Positions 1 to 8,671 of a stretch of 64,000 bases of DNA are shown here, piece after piece (position 1 is the stretch's first letter; every line of letters starts with the position of its first letter). Source of the DNA: an uncultured Actinomycetes bacterium (GTDB lineage Bacteria; Actinomycetota; Actinomycetes; Nanopelagicales; Nanopelagicaceae). Under the pieces are notes generated by a model. It was not told the DNA's origin. It did no database searches and was given only the letters and a program-made list of their open reading frames with translations. The position numbers and the translations under genes were made by a program. The stretch covers positions 4,650-68,649 of the forward strand of contig CAIYRR010000022.1 in assembly GCA_903928745.1 (NCBI GenBank), written 5' to 3'.

Positions 1-1
1 A

Positions 2-637
2 CCTGTCGGCGCATTAGCAGTTACTACCTTCACGACCCTTTCTACCTGCAGTACGAACACAACTTCTGGCTTGAAAGCTATTGGCCAGACATCTTTCGTC
101 ATGGCCGGTACCATCACTGCGTTAACTGTGGGCATGACAATCTCATCTGCAGTCCCTGGTATTCCAGCCGGAACAACAATTCTTACAAAGAATAATGGCA
201 CACGAACTATCACAATTTCCAATGCGAATACGATCGCTATTGCGAGTGCGTCTACATTTGCCTTTGGCTCTGGTCCTTGTTATCAGAAATATTTCAGTAT
301 TAACAACACTGGTACTGCAACGTTAAGCAGTCTTGGAATTGTTCAAACTGTGACTTCCAATGCAACTAATACCGTGCAATTGCAGACATGTTCTGGGACG
401 TGGACTGAAATATCAGGTGCCTGTAGTGCATCCACCGGAACAATTATGACAACTTCAGGAACAACAGGCACTCAATACGTTGCTGGTGCTGCAATAGGAG
501 TGCCGTCTGGAACGTTGGTTACTCCCGGTACAAGAAGAATGAGGGCACTTTCAACTCAAGGTGGAATAACAACAACGATCAATATTGTTGTAACAAGTTC
601 TTCGAACATTACTGCGGTTCCTAACACAAATATGTAG
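2..637 (+). CDS. Thr/Ser/Gly-rich exported or surface protein, 5'-partial (frame open to window edge)
   Basis: The frame of the 71..637 ORF has no stop back to nt 2, so the gene probably begins upstream of the window. The sequence is low-complexity and T/S/G/A/N-rich. It shares a C-x3-WT-x-I-x-GAC motif (QTCSGTWTEISGAC) with the next ORF. Confidence 0.45.
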   Translation, partial: PVGALAVTTFTTLSTCSTNTTSGLKAIGQTSFVMAGTITALTVGMTISSAVPGIPAGTTILTKNNGTRTITISNANTIAIASASTFAFGSGPCYQKYFSINNTGTATLSSLGIVQTVTSNATNTVQLQTCSGTWTEISGACSASTGTIMTTSGTTGTQYVAGAAIGVPSGTLVTPGTRRMRALSTQGGITTTINIVVTSSSNITAVPNTNM

Positions 638-768
638 TTCATTTTGTCAGGGGGGTTCCCGCTTATTTTCTATCCATTTTCTCTCGGGTAATCATTATCT
701 TTTGTGTATGTACTCCCTTCCCAAAGGCTACATACAACACTCAGGAGCTCTCGATCGGAGATCGAAAA

Positions 769-1443
769 ATGAAAACGGGAATGAACTTACTTAAGTCAAC
801 GAATCTCGTTACAAGAACAATGGCACAGATTACAGTTGTTGCGGTATCTGCAACCCTCAGTACAAGTGCAATTTCATCATCTGCTTTGGCAACAATTTCT
901 GCGACATCATTTAACAGTCCTGATCAATCCATAACAACTCGTTCTTTGATACTTGATGCTCCTGTAGCAAATGGTGCGGGATTCGACACCATTACAGCGA
1001 TGTCACCCGGTACCCCGGTCTTGCGATACGTAAATTATAGAAATAGCGGTTCGGATTCTGGTACATCTTTAACTTTGCAAGTAGTGGCTAATCCCTCGAC
1101 TACCTTGTCCACGGATGCCACCAATGGACTTCACATCACTGTTGATAGATGCTCGGTCGCTTGGACAGTTATTGGTGGAGCTTGTGGAGGTACCCCCACA
1201 AGTATCTTGTCGAGCACTGCTCTTTCAGTTTTAGCTTCGGCTACATCGCTCGCAAATGGCGGCAGCAACACTGCAACAGGAATAACGTCTCTAGCATCAG
1301 GTGAGTATTTCTACGTCAGGTACACAATCTCTCTTCCCTCAGGCAATAGTGAAGAGGCGCAAAATGGTGTCTTACCAAATGGAACGATCCAAAACCTCAA
1401 CACTGGCCTGAAGTGGACTTTAAAGGAACTACAAGGCTCCTGA
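769..1443 (+). CDS. secreted Thr/Ser-rich protein, possibly TasA/camelysin-like with a SipW-type signal peptide
   Basis: 224 aa. N-terminal hydrophobic stretch ITVVAVSATLSTSAISSSALATISATSF. Motif DRCSVAWTVIGGAC is paralogous to the upstream ORF. The C-terminal IQNLNTGLKWTLKELQ resembles TasA-family C-termini. The family call is from memory only. Confidence 0.5.
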   Translation: MKTGMNLLKSTNLVTRTMAQITVVAVSATLSTSAISSSALATISATSFNSPDQSITTRSLILDAPVANGAGFDTITAMSPGTPVLRYVNYRNSGSDSGTSLTLQVVANPSTTLSTDATNGLHITVDRCSVAWTVIGGACGGTPTSILSSTALSVLASATSLANGGSNTATGITSLASGEYFYVRYTISLPSGNSEEAQNGVLPNGTIQNLNTGLKWTLKELQGS

Positions 1444-1456
1444 TTTAGCTAACGAA

Positions 1457-1487
1457 GGACCGCTACAGAATTGGTAGGTAGCGGTCC
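1457..1487. terminator. 9-bp stem hairpin (GGACCGCTA / TAGCGGTCC) between convergent genes, overlapping the last glnA codons
   Basis: Perfect inverted repeat read directly from the sequence. There is no clear U-tract, so it is only a weak terminator candidate. Confidence 0.3.
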
Positions 1488-2773
1488 AATTCGTAGGCAG
1501 TGACTTGACGACTGTAGTCATTCCATTCTGCGCGCTTATTGCGCAGAACGTATTCAAAGACGTGCTCGCCTAAAGTTTCGCGCACTAACGTGCTCTTTTT
1601 CATTGCAGTGATGGCTTCGTTGAGGTTACTTGGCAGGGTAGTTACATCTGTTGATTCTGATAATTCGTAACCTTCTTCAACGCCCTTGAGTCCTGCTGCG
1701 ATCATGACGGCGTATGCAAGGTATGGGTTGCATGCAGAATCTGGTGATCTAAATTCAACGCGAGTGGAGTTCTCGTTCTTTGGTTTGTACATGGGAACGC
1801 GCACTAGGGCGCCGCGATTGTTGTGGCCCCAGTTAACAAGTGCTGGAGCCTCTCCTCCGCCATGAAGGCGCTTGTAGGAGTTGACCCATTGATTGGTAAC
1901 GGCTGTGATTTCTGGGGCATGACGTAAGAGGCCTGCGATAAATGAGCGGCCAACTTTGGATAAGTTGTATTCGGCCTTTGCATCGTAGAAGGCATTCTTT
2001 TCACCTTGGAAAAGTGAAACGTGAGTGTGCATTCCAGAACCTGGGTGATCGGTAAATGGCTTAGGAATAAAGGATGCGTGGAAGCCTTGATCTAACGCTA
2101 CTTCCTTAACAACGTGGCGGAAGGTCATGATGTTATCTGCAGTGCTGAGTGCATCGGCGTAGCGCAGATCGATCTCTTGTTGTCCAGGGGCGCCCTCATG
2201 ATGGCTGAACTCAACGCTTATCCCCATTGCCTCCAACATCGTGATTGCGGTGCGACGGAAATCATGACCGACAACTGCAGGTGTGTGATCGAAGTAGCCA
2301 CCTTGATCAACAGGTGTTGGAGTACTTCCAGCTTCTGGACGATCTTTGAATAAGAAGAATTCAATTTCTGGATGCGTGTAACAGGTGTATCCCATCATCG
2401 CCGCTTTATTGAGAATCCGACGCAATACATGGCGAGGATCTGCATGAGATGCGGTGCCATCTGGCATCACGATGTCACAGAACATACGTGCAGCACCTGG
2501 TGCTTCGGTGCGCCATGGAAGAACAGAGAAAGTGCTGGGATCAGGTTTAGCCAACATGTCAGATTCGGTGATGCGAGCAAAGCCTTCGATAGCCGAACCA
2601 TCAAAGCCAATGCCTTCATCGAATGCGTTTGCTAACTCTGCTGGTGCAATAGCAACGGACTTTAAGAAACCAAGGACATCGGTGAACCACAAACGGACGA
2701 AGCGAATGTTGCGCTCCTCGATGGTACGAAGAACGAACTCTTGCTGTTTACGTAATTGGTCTTCTGCGCTCAT
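1463..2773 (-). CDS. glnA: type I glutamine synthetase (GlnA2-like, about 440 aa form)
   Basis: 436 aa. N-terminal beta-grasp segment (IRFVRLWFTDVLGFLKS) and a GS catalytic domain. Length and sequence resemble actinobacterial GlnA2. Confidence 0.9.
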   Translation of the reverse strand: MSAEDQLRKQQEFVLRTIEERNIRFVRLWFTDVLGFLKSVAIAPAELANAFDEGIGFDGSAIEGFARITESDMLAKPDPSTFSVLPWRTEAPGAARMFCDIVMPDGTASHADPRHVLRRILNKAAMMGYTCYTHPEIEFFLFKDRPEAGSTPTPVDQGGYFDHTPAVVGHDFRRTAITMLEAMGISVEFSHHEGAPGQQEIDLRYADALSTADNIMTFRHVVKEVALDQGFHASFIPKPFTDHPGSGMHTHVSLFQGEKNAFYDAKAEYNLSKVGRSFIAGLLRHAPEITAVTNQWVNSYKRLHGGGEAPALVNWGHNNRGALVRVPMYKPKNENSTRVEFRSPDSACNPYLAYAVMIAAGLKGVEEGYELSESTDVTTLPSNLNEAITAMKKSTLVRETLGEHVFEYVLRNKRAEWNDYSRQVTAYELDRYLPIL

Positions 2774-2829
2774 GGGGACATACTTCCAAGGCTTCGTTAC
2801 GGCTATGTTAACGAGGCGGCGAGGTAGCG

Positions 2830-3336
2830 CTAGATAACGAAGAACTCCGCCTGATCCAGCGTGGCATGCTCGGGAACATCGCGGGTAACCAAGGTATTAG
2901 CGCCAACAACAGCGTCTTTGCCGATGGTGATATCTCCAATGACACGGGCACCGGCGCCGAGGATGACGTTATCTCCGATGGTTGGGTGGCGCTTACCTTT
3001 CTTATAGGTACGCGCTCCCAAGGTCACATCGTGATACATCAAAACATCATCGCCAATAATCGATGTCTCACCAATGACAACGCCCATGCCGTGATCGATA
3101 AAGAAACGACGGCCGATCCTTGCACCAGGGTGGATCTCGATACCTGTTGCCGAACGAGTGAAGTTAGACCAGATGCGTGCAACAAGTTTGAAATTGTGAG
3201 TCCATAACCAGTGCGCCATTCGATGACCCCACACAGCATGAAGACCTGGGTAGGCAAGGAAGATCTCTAAAGAAGTGCGCGCAGCAGGATCACGAGTGAG
3301 TGCATTGGCAATATCTTCTCGAATGTGAAGGCTCAT
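2830..3336 (-). CDS. cysE: serine O-acetyltransferase
   Basis: 168 aa with hexapeptide repeats ([20 protein letters not shown]). It starts 3 nt downstream of cysK. Confidence 0.9.
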   Translation of the reverse strand: MSLHIREDIANALTRDPAARTSLEIFLAYPGLHAVWGHRMAHWLWTHNFKLVARIWSNFTRSATGIEIHPGARIGRRFFIDHGMGVVIGETSIIGDDVLMYHDVTLGARTYKKGKRHPTIGDNVILGAGARVIGDITIGKDAVVGANTLVTRDVPEHATLDQAEFFVI

Positions 3337-3339
3337 GAT

Positions 3340-4278
3340 TTAGTCAACAATCTCGGCCAAATCCTTGTACAAAATGGTGGATAGATAGCGCTCACCGAAG
3401 GAAGGAATGATGACAACAATATTCTTGCCAGCAAACTCTGGGCGCTTAGCAACTTGGGAAGCGGCCCAAAGCGCTGCACCTGATGAGATACCGGCCAAGA
3501 TGCCTTCTTCTGCGCCAGCACGACGTGCGTATGCAATTGCATCATCTGCTGTGGCATCGAAAACTTCATCGTAGATCTTGGTATCAAGAATGTTAGGAAT
3601 GAAGTTAGCGCCGATACCTTGGATTGGGTGACCACTTGGTGATCCACCATTAAGTAGTGGTGATGCAGCTGGCTCTACTGCGAAAATCTTGATATCTGAA
3701 TTTCGCTCTTTAAGAACCTGTCCGATACCTGTGATTGTTCCGCCAGTGCCAACGCCTGCAACAACTGCTGCGACGGTGCCATCGGTGTCGCGCCAGATTT
3801 CCTCCGCTGTTGTCTTGCGGTGAATTTCTGGGTTGGCATCATTTTCAAATTGGCGAACCAAGACTGCGCCATCTACTGCGCCAAGTTCTTCTGCTTTAGC
3901 AACCGCGCCGCGCATACCTTCTGCGGCTGGGGTCAAAACAAGTGTGGCACCAAATGCGCGAAGCAATGTGCGACGCTCTTTTGACATGGAATCTGGCATC
4001 GTCAAAATAACTTTGTATCCGCGTGCTGCGCCCACCATTGCTAGTGCGATACCGGTGTTGCCTGATGTTGCCTCAACAATTGTGCCGCCAGGCTTTAGTT
4101 GCCCAGTGCGCTCTGCTGCATCAACCATTGCGATACCAATGCGATCTTTGACCGTGCTTGTTGGGTTGTAGAACTCCAATTTGGCATAAACATTTGCGGC
4201 AGCGCCATCGGTGATGCGATTAAGACGCACGAGCGGGGTGTTTCCAACTACTTCGGTGATGTTGTTATAGACCTTCAT
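3340..4278 (-). CDS. cysK: cysteine synthase A (O-acetylserine sulfhydrylase)
   Basis: 312 aa with the PLP-lysine region NPTSTVKDR and the SGNTGIALA loop. Confidence 0.92.
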   Translation of the reverse strand: MKVYNNITEVVGNTPLVRLNRITDGAAANVYAKLEFYNPTSTVKDRIGIAMVDAAERTGQLKPGGTIVEATSGNTGIALAMVGAARGYKVILTMPDSMSKERRTLLRAFGATLVLTPAAEGMRGAVAKAEELGAVDGAVLVRQFENDANPEIHRKTTAEEIWRDTDGTVAAVVAGVGTGGTITGIGQVLKERNSDIKIFAVEPAASPLLNGGSPSGHPIQGIGANFIPNILDTKIYDEVFDATADDAIAYARRAGAEEGILAGISSGAALWAASQVAKRPEFAGKNIVVIIPSFGERYLSTILYKDLAEIVD

Positions 4279-4348
4279 GATTGCTCCAATTAGTTAGTTC
4301 TTCATGGGTTTAATGACGCGAATTGATTTTCGATTAATCGAGAATGGG

Positions 4349-4387
4349 TAAAACTAAAAAGCGATTGCAGATGTGCTTTTAGTTTTA
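4349..4387 (-). promoter_or_regulatory. A/U-rich hairpin in the cysK leader overlapping the uORF stop codon
   Basis: Arms 4349-4362 and 4375-4387 pair over 13 bp with one bulged A, around a 12-nt loop. The uORF TAA complement at 4385-4387 lies inside the stem. Confidence 0.35.
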
Positions 4388-4462
4388 GCAGGCGCAGGTG
4401 CAGGCGCGACCGAAATCAATAACACGACGACGCGTGAAGAACCATTCGGTAATTGTTGGCAC
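4385..4462 (-). CDS. putative leaderless Cys-rich leader peptide (MPTITEWFFTRRRVIDFGRACTCAC)
   Basis: GTG at 4462 to TAA at 4385, 25 codons, with Cys at 3 of the last 5 codons. A TAAAAT -10-like hexamer (4474-4469) ends 6 nt before the GTG and there is no SD. It lies about 100 nt upstream of cysK in a 263-bp gap. Confidence 0.45.
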   Translation of the reverse strand: MPTITEWFFTRRRVIDFGRACTCAC

Positions 4463-4541
4463 GGATGAATTTTACCTACTTATGCGCAAAGCGCTACTTG
4501 CGAACATCTTGCATAAAGCCATCGGATTTAACTGGTAATCG

Positions 4542-6278
4542 CTAAATACTCTCACTCCAGCGAGAAGTAATAGGTAGACGTCGATCTTTGCCGAATGCAC
4601 GAGCAGAAACCTTGGTTCCAGGTGGATATTGGCGCCTCTTATATTCAGCCTTATCGACCAGCGAAATAACCCGAGCTACGAGCACAGGATCAAAGCCCTC
4701 TGCGATCAAGCCCGCGCTGCCAATATCGCCATCGACATATCGCATAAGGAGGCGGTCAAGGAGTTCGTATTCGGGTAGAGAATCAGAATCCTTCTGATCG
4801 GGGCGAAGTTCAGCGCTAGGTTCTTTAGAAATCGAGCGCTCAGGTATAGGTGGCGTCTCTCCCCTGGAAATTGCTTGGGCATTGCGCCAACGCGAAAGTG
4901 CCCACACATCGGTCTTGTAAATGTCTTTAATCGGAGCAAATCCGCCTACGGCATCTCCATAAAGAGTGGAATAACCGACTGCTAATTCACTCTTATTTCC
5001 CGTGGCCAGAACCATGTGGCCTTCTTGGTTGGAGATACCCATGAGCGTGGTTCCACGCACGCGGGCCTGCAGATTTTCCTCAGCAAGACCTTCTAATTGG
5101 ACGTTGGCAAGGTAGGCCGAGACCATCGGGGCAATTGGAATCACTCGATAATGAATGCTGGTATTCATCGCCAGCGCCTGTGCATCTTCTAGTGAGTGAT
5201 CGGATGAGTACTCGCTAGGTAGCGCAATTCCATGAACGTTTTCGCATCCGATGGCATCCACGGCAATAGCGGCGACCAGGGCTGAATCAATTCCTCCAGA
5301 GACACCAAGGGCCACCGATGAAAACTTATTCTTTGCCACATAATCTCGAAGCCCGACAACCAGGGCCTGCCAAATTTCTCCCAGATCATCCAAACGTTTA
5401 GCGAGCGCTATTGGTTCCGAAACAAATGGAGCAAGAACATCCTCATGAATAATCACATCGGGAGTAGATGTGTGTGCTTCTAAATCTAGATCCACGAAAA
5501 CAAGTGCGTCAGCAAATTGGGGTGCACGTGAAATGAGAGCGCCTTGGGCATCGACAACAATTGTGTCTCCATCAAATACCAAATCATCTTGGCCACCGGT
5601 CATATTGACGTAGGCAAGTGGGGCGCCTGCTTCTCTTGCCCGCCTTTGAACCAGCGCCAAACGAACATCATCCTTATTTCGTTCGTAAGGACTTCCGTTA
5701 GGCACAAGCAATAAACCAGTGTGGCGCTTTGCTAATTCGGCGACAGGTCCGCCCTCTTGCCAAATGTCTTCGCAGATTGCAACTCCCACATCAATGCCGT
5801 GAATGCGAACAACCAAAGAAGAATCCCCAGGAACAAAATTCCTGAATTCATCAAAGACTCCGTAATTGGGCAAATGATGTTTTACATATCGGGCTTTAAT
5901 TTGGCCATCGTGAATGATTGCCACTGCATTTTGCGGGGCACCCTCTGGCTGACCCAATCGATTAACGACGCCTGAGAGTTCATCCAAATATCCAACGACC
6001 AAAACTAGGTCGCCATAACCTTCTGTCTTTGCCCTGGCAGCGACCGCTTTTATGGCAGTTTTACTGGCGCTTCGAAAAGAGGGCCGAAGAGCTAAATCCT
6101 CAACGGGGTACCCAGTGATAACCATTTCTGGAAATACAACGACGTGAGCGCCAGCGGAATGTGCCTGTGAAATCTGGCTCATAATCAGCTCGCTGTTGCC
6201 AGAGAGATCGCCAACAGTGGGATTAATTTGGGCAAGGGCCAATCTCAATTTCCCTATTTCAGCCGCCCGATTCGACAT
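4542..6278 (-). CDS. nadE: glutamine-dependent NAD+ synthetase
   Basis: 578 aa. N-terminal CN-hydrolase (glutaminase) domain plus a C-terminal NAD synthetase domain with the SGGIDS PP-loop. Confidence 0.92.
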   Translation of the reverse strand: MSNRAAEIGKLRLALAQINPTVGDLSGNSELIMSQISQAHSAGAHVVVFPEMVITGYPVEDLALRPSFRSASKTAIKAVAARAKTEGYGDLVLVVGYLDELSGVVNRLGQPEGAPQNAVAIIHDGQIKARYVKHHLPNYGVFDEFRNFVPGDSSLVVRIHGIDVGVAICEDIWQEGGPVAELAKRHTGLLLVPNGSPYERNKDDVRLALVQRRAREAGAPLAYVNMTGGQDDLVFDGDTIVVDAQGALISRAPQFADALVFVDLDLEAHTSTPDVIIHEDVLAPFVSEPIALAKRLDDLGEIWQALVVGLRDYVAKNKFSSVALGVSGGIDSALVAAIAVDAIGCENVHGIALPSEYSSDHSLEDAQALAMNTSIHYRVIPIAPMVSAYLANVQLEGLAEENLQARVRGTTLMGISNQEGHMVLATGNKSELAVGYSTLYGDAVGGFAPIKDIYKTDVWALSRWRNAQAISRGETPPIPERSISKEPSAELRPDQKDSDSLPEYELLDRLLMRYVDGDIGSAGLIAEGFDPVLVARVISLVDKAEYKRRQYPPGTKVSARAFGKDRRLPITSRWSESI

Positions 6279-6348
6279 GGCAAGAGTCTAATGCCGGACT
6301 AAACTTCTACGACTAACCAGCCCAAAGAGCGGACAAATACCCAAAATT

Positions 6349-7623
6349 ATGGCTAAAACTGCTCGATTTGCGATTGATATTGGCCCATTGAAGAAATATC
6401 GGGATTTTCGATATTTATGGAGCTCAGGACTGATTTCAAACCTCGGATCCATGATTACTTATGTCGCAATTCCTTTCCAGATCAAAGAACTCACCCACTC
6501 CTATCTTGCAGTGGGTATTAGTGGCGCAGTCGAATTAGTCCCACTGATTGTTTTTGGTCTTTACGGCGGCGTCTTGGCAGATGCCGTAGATCGAAAGAAG
6601 ATGACCTGGACCACAGAGGCCGCGGCACTTCTGGCCACATCGACTTTGCTCATCACCTCATTGCAAGGACGCCCAAGTGTGCTTTTGATCTACGTGGTGG
6701 CCGGGTTATTTGCGGCGGTCGATGGAATGCAACGTCCCAGTGCCAATGCAATCCTCCCCCGAATCGTTGGACATTCCGATTTGCCAGCCGCCAGTGCACT
6801 CTTAAGTTTACGTTCTCAATTCGGCATGATCGTTGGACCTGCAATTGGTGGTGTCATCATCTCCTCAGTCTCTGTCAGTGCTGGTTACGGAGTCGACGTC
6901 ATCACATTCTTGATTTCATTGGGGCTCCTCTGGAAAGTCGGCGCCGTCCCACCAAATGAGAAGGCTGATAAGCCATCTCTGTCAGCGTTATTTGCCGGTT
7001 TGAAATATGCAGTGAGCCGACAAGATTTACTTGGCACTTATCTCATTGACTTAGCTGCGATGTTCTTTGCAATGCCCAATGCGCTCTTTCCATTTTGGGC
7101 CGATCACATTAACGCGCCTTGGGCACTGGGATTCTTCTATGCCGCGGGAACAGTCGGTGCAATTGTGATGACTTTGACGAGCGGATGGATTAGCAGCTAC
7201 CGATTCCATGGCCGAGCCATCATCATTGCTGCCGTCGGTTGGGGCGCTGCAATTGCTTTGGCTGGCGTGGTCCATTCTCTGGTTTGGGTTCTCCTTTTCC
7301 TTGCAATCGCGGGGGCTTCGGACATGGTGAGTGCCCTTTTTCGCTCCTCAATTTGGAACCAAACAATCCCTGATGAATTACGGGGAAGGCTTTCTGGAAT
7401 CGAATTACTTTCCTACTCAGTGGGACCACTTGCTGGCCAATTAAGAGCGGCTTCGATCGCATCTGCTACTTCATTGTCCTTTTCAGTAACTTCCGGAGGT
7501 GTGATGTGCATCGGAATGGTGATATTACTGGCCGGTTTTTTACCCAAATTTCGCAAATATGACGTTAAAACCAACGAATTTGCCGCTGCAGAACGGAAAA
7601 AACGAGAATCTCTCAACGAATAG
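6349..7623 (+). CDS. MFS transporter (EntS/MFS_3-like)
   Basis: 424 aa, hydrophobic throughout, about 12 predicted TM segments. Confidence 0.85.
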   Translation: MAKTARFAIDIGPLKKYRDFRYLWSSGLISNLGSMITYVAIPFQIKELTHSYLAVGISGAVELVPLIVFGLYGGVLADAVDRKKMTWTTEAAALLATSTLLITSLQGRPSVLLIYVVAGLFAAVDGMQRPSANAILPRIVGHSDLPAASALLSLRSQFGMIVGPAIGGVIISSVSVSAGYGVDVITFLISLGLLWKVGAVPPNEKADKPSLSALFAGLKYAVSRQDLLGTYLIDLAAMFFAMPNALFPFWADHINAPWALGFFYAAGTVGAIVMTLTSGWISSYRFHGRAIIIAAVGWGAAIALAGVVHSLVWVLLFLAIAGASDMVSALFRSSIWNQTIPDELRGRLSGIELLSYSVGPLAGQLRAASIASATSLSFSVTSGGVMCIGMVILLAGFLPKFRKYDVKTNEFAAAERKKRESLNE

Positions 7624-7627
7624 ATGA

Positions 7628-7708
7628 GTGTCGCGAAATATTTGCACTAATTTCAATTCAATAATTAACGTGAAAGCACAAAAATATTAAAAAACTATTT
7701 CGCGACAC
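7628..7708. repeat. 13-bp perfect inverted repeat (GTGTCGCGAAATA ... TATTTCGCGACAC) with a 55-nt AT-rich spacer
   Basis: Arms at 7628-7640 and 7696-7708, read directly. Located between the MFS stop and the histone-like gene. Confidence 0.5.
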
Positions 7709-7816
7709 GCACTCAATTCTATTTCACATAATGCTGGCATTACGTGCCAAACACTGACACCATTAACCCTGAACAGGTTCGGTGACGGATCGAACCATTC
7801 CGATAGGAGAAGTTAC

Positions 7817-8095
7817 GTGGCTGCAGCTAAGAAATCTGCTCCAAAGCGCAAGAAGGCAGTTGCCAAAAAGGTAGCTCCAAAGCGCAAGAAGGCCGCTGCT
7901 AAGGCAGTAGCACCAAAGCGTCGTAAGAAGGCAGTTGCCAAGAAGGCAGCTCCAAAGAAGGCCAAGAAAGCCGCTAAGAAGGTTGTCGCTAAGAAGGCAG
8001 CTCCAAAGCGCAAGAAGGCCGCTAAGAAGGCTGTTGCTGCTCCTGCAGCTGCACCAAAGAAGCGTCGTCGTAAGAAGGCTGTTGCTGCAAAGTAA
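7817..8095 (+). CDS. Lys/Ala-rich histone H1-like / nucleoid-associated protein
   Basis: 92 aa with a GTG start preceded by AGGAGA. Composition is 42/92 K+R and 33/92 Ala, with no acidic residues. There are four APKR(K/R)K(A/K) repeats. A strong terminator follows. Confidence 0.75.
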   Translation: MAAAKKSAPKRKKAVAKKVAPKRKKAAAKAVAPKRRKKAVAKKAAPKKAKKAAKKVVAKKAAPKRKKAAKKAVAAPAAAPKKRRRKKAVAAK

Positions 8096-8103
8096 CAACT
8101 TTA

Positions 8104-8138
8104 TAAAAAAACCCGCCATGCAAATGGCGGGTTTTTTT
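8104..8138. terminator. bidirectional rho-independent terminator
   Basis: Stem ACCCGCCAT / ATGGCGGGT (8111-8119 / 8124-8132) with loop GCAA, flanked by an A-tract and a T-tract. It lies between convergent genes and overlaps the MarR stop. Confidence 0.85.
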
Positions 8139-8628
8139 ATTTGTCGTGCAAACTCGGATCATCCCGAAGTGAATCTCCAACTTTTTCAAATATCGCCGCT
8201 AATGCAATCTGATCTGTTTTTGATAGATGGTCAATGAAACGCGTTCTTACACTCTCAACATGATCAGGGGCGGCTGCAACAATTGCCTTCCATCCTTTGG
8301 CTGTCATGACTGCGAAATACCCTCTTTTATCAACGGGGCAAGCCTCGCGTTTTACCCATCCAGCTTTCTCCATGACCTTCATACGGTGCGAAAGTCGCGA
8401 GCGCGAAAGCATCGCGATTTCGGCTAGTTCGCTCATACGCATTCTGCGCTCTGGTGCATCACTGAGCTGGGCCAAAATTTCATAATCGGACATCGATAAA
8501 TCATGGCCTTGCAGGTCCAAATCCAGGGCCTCAAGCAAGCGCCGGCTCGACACTATGTACCTACGCCAGGCTTTCATTTCAGCAGGATTGAGCCAGCGGG
8601 GTGTTGGTGGGGTAGCGTTTCTTGCCAT
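8137..8628 (-). CDS. MarR family transcriptional regulator
   Basis: 163 aa with a winged-helix MarR-type core (LSMSDYEILAQL...RMSELAEIAMLSRSRLSHRMKVMEKAGWV). Confidence 0.88.
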   Translation of the reverse strand: MARNATPPTPRWLNPAEMKAWRRYIVSSRRLLEALDLDLQGHDLSMSDYEILAQLSDAPERRMRMSELAEIAMLSRSRLSHRMKVMEKAGWVKREACPVDKRGYFAVMTAKGWKAIVAAAPDHVESVRTRFIDHLSKTDQIALAAIFEKVGDSLRDDPSLHDK

Positions 8629-8648
8629 AGGCGAAAGTGTACGCGATA

Positions 8649-8664
8649 AGTTGAAAGTTCAACT
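8649..8664. promoter_or_regulatory. palindrome AGTTGAA-AG-TTCAACT, candidate MarR operator
   Basis: 7-bp perfect inverted repeat in the 43-bp gap between the divergent MarR and M13 peptidase genes. Confidence 0.4.
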
Positions 8665-8671
8665 AGTTGCC

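Noticed and set aside
7770-7800. A tRNA-like T-arm sequence, GGTTCGGTGACGGATCGAACC.
   Set aside because: It is only a 6-bp hairpin. No acceptor, D or anticodon arms can be built around it. I found no tRNA genes anywhere in the window.
7763-8237. Alternative ORFs across the Lys/Ala repeat: 7763..8119 minus (Leu/Ser/Cys-rich), 7813..8013 minus, and 7935..8237 plus.
   Set aside because: These are frame and strand shadows of the GC-skewed AAG/GCN repeat. Only the 7817..8095 plus frame has an RBS, a sensible start and a terminator directly after its stop.
8555-8671. The 5' extension of the M13 peptidase ORF, which overlaps the MarR gene by 74 nt.
   Set aside because: The extension has no peptidase similarity and would run antisense through the MarR N-terminus. 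ATG 8672 or 8696 gives a normal-length M13 enzyme and leaves an intergenic operator.
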